Shown piece after piece: positions 23,855 to 50,415 of a stretch of 50,415 nucleotides of DNA; the stretch's first letter is position 1, and every line of letters starts with the position of its first letter. The notes under the pieces are model-generated. The model made no database searches. It was not told where the DNA came from and saw nothing but the letters and a program-made list of their open reading frames with translations. This DNA is from Catajapyx aquilonaris (taxonomy: Eukaryota). A program made the translations under genes and the position numbers. The DNA is taken from NCBI GenBank assembly GCA_000934665.2, contig KZ538736.1, positions 1 to 50,415 on the forward strand. The letters run 5' to 3'.

Positions 23855-26327
23855 TCATACCCCGTTATCAGCCATCGGCTCTTTAGGGGGGAAGTTTGTT
23901 TTGCCTGGAACTCTTTGCTTTTCATTTTACTGTGCTCTTTGGGATAGGATAGGGATGGAAGGAAGCGGCTGTGGCCTAATAATTACGAAAGCAACTCCGG
24001 AATTTTCCTGGAAGGACCGTGGGAAACCACAGGAAACCACGGTCAGAGTTGCCGGCCCCGGGATTTGATCCCAGGACCTCCCGATTATTAGCAGTCGGAC
24101 ACCATATCCCCTTCTCCAAACTGCTTCGGTTACAGTACTGTATTGTTGGTCTCTGCACTCCCTGAAATTCTCTAGATGTTGTCGCAATACACTACTGCAT
24201 GTATTCAAAACAATAAAGGGACCTAATGAACTTCAACCTGGAACTTCCTCGTAAATGTGTATGAAATGTTTCAAATACGTGCCATAAAAACAGCAATATT
24301 AGAATGGCACATGGGAAAACTATGAAATTTTGGAACTTATCCCATTCAATTACATTATAATTTGGCCTCGTTTTACGAAGTTTCCCTTTATGACCCTGTT
24401 GTCTGGAAGCTAACTCCATCATGAAACAGGGGCTACCTGTATATTTTTCAAATGGATAGTAGGGCCCTAGAAAACACAATCATGAAGAAAGTACACTGTA
24501 ATCACCAACATAGGTCAACAAATACCTTGCAAGTGTGTTTTGATTCCTACGGTCTCCGGGTTTTAAGGATTCTTCTGCTTCATATTTAATCAGGTGTGTA
24601 ACTGGCAAATACTGAAACTGTATGCATAACTCGATTGCTTCACTAAAGCAGCCAGCTTTCAGGATGGCCAATGCAGCCTCAGACACCACTTGATCATATA
24701 TAATCTGCTTAAAGGGTCTGGCTAAGACAGCAATGACTGATGTTTTCATGTGCAAATCATATTTGAGCAATTCTCGAAAATACTTTGCTGCACTTTGGTA
24801 CCTCTCCATCTCATAACATGTGCGGGCCAACTCATAGAGACATTCACGTAAATCTCCTTCATGTTCACCATGGACAACTAACAAAACCCTCTGGTGTATG
24901 TTGGCACAGTGCATTTCCTCTTGAGAAGACAGTTTCTGTAAAGAAAGAAAATCGCAAAAAGTATTGATATATTCTATTAGTTTTAATAATTACATCATAA
25001 ATACTTACTTCATATATCCACTGGAGGACAGGTAGCCGCTTCTCATTAGGAATGAATTTTGAGAAATGAGACCAAGCCAACAATTCCATTTTTCGATCAC
25101 TGCAATGGATTGATGCTGATTTTATCAGGCTTTCCCATCGAACACGTAGCAAATCATCATCATGTTCTTGCTGGCGAAGGCACCACAGAAGCCAAGTACG
25201 CCAAAGAATTACAGAGTTGGTGGCAGATGGCATGTCTGGTGGCACTACATCTGGATTCCTCAAAGCTGAAACAATTCAGTAGTAGTATCAAAATTCAGTG
25301 TCTGATGGTGGGCAACTGACCCATGTTAAATTTGTGGTTCTAATGACCACTACATGCAAGTGTTCGAATTAACCAGACAAGGACAATTAGAAGAGCACCT
25401 TTTATATACGTAGTGATGGACAACTCCGTTTCACTGCTGTCTTTGTAGGGATCTATTGTTGTTTGTTCATTGGCATAAAGTTTGCACACTTCTATTGCCA
25501 TCTCAACCATATCATATTGAAACTCTTGCTCAAACATAAATAAATGAAACAATGGATCCTGCTTTGTTGGTGGGTTTGCACTCACATCTTTCACCCTGTG
25601 TAACTCGTTTATCAGAATGCCATAATCTGCATTGATGCAGCTCTCTATGTGATGCAAGATGCACATGGCATAAATTTGGACAAACACTATGCGACATGAA
25701 AGTGACTTATAATAAACAAAGTGGTCAGGTTTCAATATGATGCTGTAAAAAGGGCTCCCTTTCATCGTACTACCCACAGTGTTGAAAGACCTCTTTTCAC
25801 TCCCTAAACCAACGGTGGTCATACCACCACTTGAGTGACTCAATAACTGTAGAACTCTTTCATACAGATGATCATTCTTTACATTGATGACAGTCCAAGC
25901 CATCCACAGGTAATTGTAGGCAATGCATATCTGCACCTCTGGGTTAATTACACCAAGTTTTCTCTGGCACATTTTTAAGAAAATGTAATCAAACTTCTCC
26001 AAATGTTTGGCATACTGGCATCGCCTTTCAACGTGATCTGGATTTTCCCCAATAGCCTACAATAAAATAAACACAATAATTAACTTTCATGATGACTTTA
26101 ATAATAATAATAATGGTGTAACTTACCATTGCTTCACACACAAACACATTGTTGTAAATCAAAAACTTCCAAGATACTGCATTTAATTGAATGCCTGACA
26201 CTTCATTCAGGCGCAAAGCAGCTTTCTCCAGATCATTTGGTTTTGTTGGTAATTCTCTCATCTTCTGGATACATGCAGAATAACATTTACGGTGGAACAA
26301 GTCCCTAATTGTATCAAAAGACATCAT
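19509..26327 (-). CDS. FANCG: 651-aa TPR-like helical protein, probable divergent Fanconi anemia group G (FANCG) homolog
   Basis: Exons 26127-26327, 25399-26056, 25009-25265, 24526-24935, 19509-19938 (1956 nt incl. stop), GT-AG, intron phases 0/1/0/2 all consistent. TPR-like segments: [67 protein letters not shown]. These resemble human FANCG segments in the same order (comparison from memory, no search run). The gene structure is more certain (~0.9) than the name. Confidence 0.7.
20209..20469 (-). mobile_element. tRNA-derived SINE, family C
   Basis: Homologous to 16216-16478; 14-bp TSD ggatttgaccatat (20195-20208 and 20470-20483). Confidence 0.88.
21549..21761. mobile_element. PIF/Harbinger-type MITE
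   Basis: Terminal inverted repeat (TIR) AGGCCGGTATC.ACGT.C.AG; TAA TSD on both sides. Confidence 0.75.
22202..22550 (-). mobile_element. tRNA-derived SINE, family B
   Basis: Body nearly identical to 3850-4084; 15-bp TSD agttttactgtatat (22187-22201 and 22551-22565). Confidence 0.9.
22979..23262 (+). mobile_element. tRNA-derived SINE, family A, inserted in a piggyBac MITE arm
   Basis: Family A head, (AAT)n tail, 12-bp TSD attggtaaaata (22967-22978 and 23263-23274). Confidence 0.88.
23367..23643 (+). mobile_element. tRNA-derived SINE, family D
   Basis: A box TGGTCTAGTGG, B box GGTTCAAATCC, tail agggccccgggccctatcacagggta(caaa)n, degenerate TSD aacttt.tcaaa.ta. Confidence 0.75.
23803..24130 (-). 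mobile_element. tRNA-derived SINE, family A
   Basis: Highly similar to 5807-6092; (TAT)n tail; 17-bp TSD tacagtactgtattgtt (23786-23802 and 24131-24147). Confidence 0.9.
24526..24935 (-). CDS. FANCG-like coding exon 4 (TPR motifs)
   Basis: KLSSQEEMHCANIHQRV...[26 protein letters not shown]...[19 protein letters not shown]...NTLA(R). Confidence 0.87.
25009..25265 (-). CDS. FANCG-like coding exon 3
   Basis: ALRNPDVVPPDMPSATNSVILWRTWLLW...RLPVLQWIYE, GTAAGT donor. Confidence 0.85.
25399..26056 (-). CDS. FANCG-like coding exon 2
   Basis: AIGENPDHVERRCQYAKHLEKFDYIFLKM...LSITTYIK; 658-nt open exon, phase 0 to 1. Confidence 0.82.
26127..26327 (-). CDS. FANCG-like coding exon 1
   Basis: MMSFDTIRDLFHRKCYSACIQKMRELP...NNVFVCEAM, GTAAGT donor; upstream acceptor at 26356-26357. 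Confidence 0.8.
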
Positions 26328-26679
26328 GGCTGTGTACCTGTGTGACCAATGTGACCTGAAGAAGAAATGTACATGCACTGTTTAATATGGCTAATGAGAT
26401 GAAAACAACTACCCTTGCAAACCACTAACAAGTTATGGGAAAACCAGAAATGTCTTCACTCAAAAGCAATGTACTCAGCATAAATCATAGGTCTCTATCT
26501 CTGATATACAGTAAGTACCTGTTTTACGCTGCTTCATTTTACATAGATTCACATTAACCCCATTTTCAAAATTACCTTTGAAAAAAAAAAATGGAAATGT
26601 TTTGAGAAATTTGAAAATAACAAAACAATACATACGCACATTGCTGCAAGCATATGAGTCCAAACATGCTACAGCATAG

Positions 26680-26794
26680 GGGTGGAATTTTCGTCATACT
26701 ACTAACTTCTAGAACTTCTAACTTAGCAGGACCAGTGTAGTGCAATGGTACGGCTAAGTTAGCAGTAACTAGTAATATAACGAAAATTCCACCC
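26680..26794. mobile_element. Third copy of the palindromic MITE
   Basis: gggtggaattttcgtc...cgaaaattccaccc. Confidence 0.7.
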
Positions 26795-27507
26795 TTTGTG
26801 TTTCTTTTGTCTTTGGTGGTGCATTGTGGCAGGGTGAGGAGAAATATACAGTACTGTCTCTGCCCTCCACTAAGTACTGTACCTGCTGCTACAATACACT
26901 ATGTACGTATACCGCAGTTCTTGACAAAGAAGGAAAAGGAATCCTCAGAACCCGAGAATCTCCCATTAAAAGTGTAAGTTATATTAAATGTTTCAAACAC
27001 TGACAGTGAACATTAAAAACAGCAACATTACTACTGTCCCTGGGAAAATTTTGGAAATTTTGGATCCTATCTCATACACTTGCATTATAATTTTATCTAG
27101 TTTTACGGCAATGCACTTTACGCCGTTGTATTGCTGGAACCAATTACAGGCGTAAAATGGGTACTTCCTACTAGATTTGTATTAAAGTAGAGACATCATA
27201 TACGCATTACAGTGAACTCATGAGTTCACTGGAATGCACAGAAATAGATTGGAATGAATGAATGAATCATTGTGTGTTCACAAGCTTATGAGTATTTGGC
27301 TGGTATTGGTCACATGGAGAAAGTGAGTGTGAGCGAGATGCCAACAAATGAATGGAGTGCAAAGTATTGGTGTCTTGCTCCTGCTCATGCTCTCTCTACA
27401 ACCAATTCTCATGAGCTTCTGATCACATCTTTAAACCTGATGCACAGATGCAATGTGGCTCTAGGCCTACTTATTACGTGCAAATGTCACCAGTCAACCC
27501 AACATAC

Positions 27508-27720
27508 CTCAAAAGTCACATCTACGGCCACGGCAAAAATCGAACACAATAGTAGACTCAGGTAGGAGACAAATTTGGTTTCCAATCTTCACACGATCCG
27601 TACAACATCCGTACCACGTGTCCGTACCAAGTACTTTCCTACTATTCCTAGGCTAAATTCGCCATGATTTCTTGGCGGGAACGTGCAACTGGTGCAAGTG
27701 ACATGTGGTCACCAGAGGGC
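27508..27720. promoter_or_regulatory. Probable bidirectional promoter between the FANCG-like gene and sdk
   Basis: CpG-rich patch between the divergent genes. Minus-strand donor GAG|GTATGT at 27507 (likely end of a non-coding first exon), E-box CACGTG near 27616, three TCCGTAC repeats, E2F-like TTGGCGGGAA at 27672-27681. Confidence 0.55.
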
Positions 27721-28115
27721 AGGACGGTGGCAGCTTCAAACATGTTGGAGTCACGAACCACAGATGCCGCTACCAGGCAGCGACCATGGTTTGATTGTGG
27801 TGTTGTGGTAGCAGCTCCTTCCAAGTACGAGTCCGTCCAAACCAAAGTAGTGCCTTTCGCTTCACCCTGCGGCTGCTTGCCAGTCGGTGCGTACCCCGGG
27901 TCGTGCGTGTGTTGCTGCTGCCTTGGGAAGCAGACTTCTCGGGGTCGGAATGAGTTGACCGTCCATTTCGAAGAGTGCGTGCCTTCCAGACCATTGTTGG
28001 ACCGTCCATCTTAGCGTCTGGAGAACAAAAAGAGGACTCCGGTCCTTATGGACTCCCGACTGTTTATTTGACATGGGAGCCAAGTGAAGTGGAGGACTGA
28101 GTGAGCAGCCGAAGG

Positions 28116-49242
<21,127 letters not shown>

Positions 49243-49582
49243 GTAAGTACATTATTATTTGTATGCTTTGGGTTTTGCCAAGATATTCACTTCAGTTTGC
49301 TGCAACAATTGCTTCAGTAATAAAAAGGAATGCTGCCCCCAAAGAATTCCTGAAGGAAAGGAAAGCACTCCTTAGTACCATGTGCTATCAGATGTACGTT
49401 CACATCCTTATTAGTGGAACACTTTGAGGGGGGGAAGGGGGGTGGGTGTATTTGGGAATGCACACCTGTGGTTCTCAAGCCCACCTTGCACTTAACAGGT
49501 ACATTTTCATACAGGAAAGTCTGCATTTCCCTTGATGTGGATGTGGGACAAAATACAAAACGTATTTGAATGAAATAGCATT

Positions 49583-50215
49583 GCATAGTGGTGTAGTAGT
49601 TAGCACAACAGCCTTCTACTTACAAGGTCTTGGCTTTGATCCCTAGATTAGACTGAGGTCACTTCAGTGGCATACCGTGAGTTTTTGGCAGGGGGGGCAA
49701 GGGGGGAGAATTGCGCCCCCCCCCTTGCCGACATCGGGGCAGTAGTCGTACACCCAATAAGTCTCTCCTGCAGCTCGTTTCTTGGCACACAACGGCGGCA
49801 GGGGTAACCCAACAATGGTCACTGTTCCTTGCCACTCTTACGGATACAAATTGTATCAGGTTGATGAACGGAGCTCGGAACAATACGAAGCGAACGAAGC
49901 AGGGGCGCACCCAGAAAACTCCATTGGGGTGGGGGAACAATAAGCCCGCCGCAAGCGAAATTGTTTTGGGGGTTGAAGGTCACAAGCTTAGGTGAATGAA
50001 ATAATGTTCCTTCTTTCTCTCTCTCTCTCTCGTTTTGCGCCCCCTAAATTTTGGCGCCTGGGGCAACTCCGGCTGCCCCCTCCACGATACGCCACTGGGT
50101 CACTTCTCATGTGGAAGGAGTTTTGATGGGTTCTCTCCATGTTAGCATGGGTGATCTTGGGGTTCCCCCATATCCTCCCACTGTCAAAATGGTCCTACAA
50201 CCCCTGCCCTCGGCA
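49583..50215 (+). mobile_element. Old family C-like SINE interrupted by a hAT MITE
   Basis: Degenerate A/B boxes at 49583-49660; the body resumes at 50106 (gatgggttctctccatgttagcatgggt). Confidence 0.55.
49665..50097. mobile_element. Non-autonomous hAT element
   Basis: Ends CAGTGGCATA...TACGCCACTG; perfect 8-bp TSD ggtcactt (49657-49664 and 50098-50105). Confidence 0.85.
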
Positions 50216-50237
50216 CAGCATTCCAAATACTGTAGAC

Positions 50238-50415
50238 CAGGGCTATACAACAGGCGGACTGTGGTCCAGATCTAGACCGCGACGCAATTTTGTTCTGACC
50301 TGTGACGCTATACAGGACAGTTTGAAATAGCATTTTTTGGAAAAAGTGCTACCAATTTCATCAAATCCACACCCATTCAAATCTCCCACATTCGCCTTGA
50401 ACCCCCCCCCAAAAA
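50238..50415. mobile_element. Probable left end of a hAT (Charlie-like) MITE
   Basis: CAGGGCTATACAAC..GCGG..GTCCAGATC type terminus after tgtagac; the right end lies outside the window. Confidence 0.35.

Noticed and set aside
26817..27170. Telomerase RNA, RNase P or RNase MRP as the identity of the duplicated intronic element
   Set aside because: I could find no TTAGG-complementary template and no P4-helix signature sequences in either copy. H/ACA spacing was not convincing.

Overview
Eukaryotic, intron-rich genomic DNA, most likely from a non-dipteran arthropod (inferred from the Sidekick peptide). Three spliced genes could be rebuilt by hand with GT-AG introns and consistent exon phases. 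(1) Xylulose kinase XYLB on the minus strand: 11 coding exons from the ATG at 15401 to 1944, with the C-terminal exon(s) not found in the window. (2) A complete 5-coding-exon, 651-aa helical/TPR-like gene on the minus strand (26327 to 19509) whose C-terminal half shows collinear motifs matching human FANCG as recalled from memory. This is the most notable item, because FANCG is missing from Drosophila and C. elegans. (3) The 5' part of sidekick (sdk) on the plus strand: signal-peptide exon at 28116, Ig1 to the start of Ig5 up to 49242, and a candidate 96-nt cassette exon. The FANCG-like gene and sdk lie head-to-head around a short CpG-rich promoter with an E2F-like site. Positions 1-27 kb are dense in tRNA-derived SINEs with target-site duplications (TSDs) and in piggyBac-, hAT-, Harbinger- and Tc1/pogo-type MITEs, often nested. 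The first two sdk introns are CpG-rich and almost repeat-free. No CRISPR array, rRNA or bona fide tRNA gene was seen.
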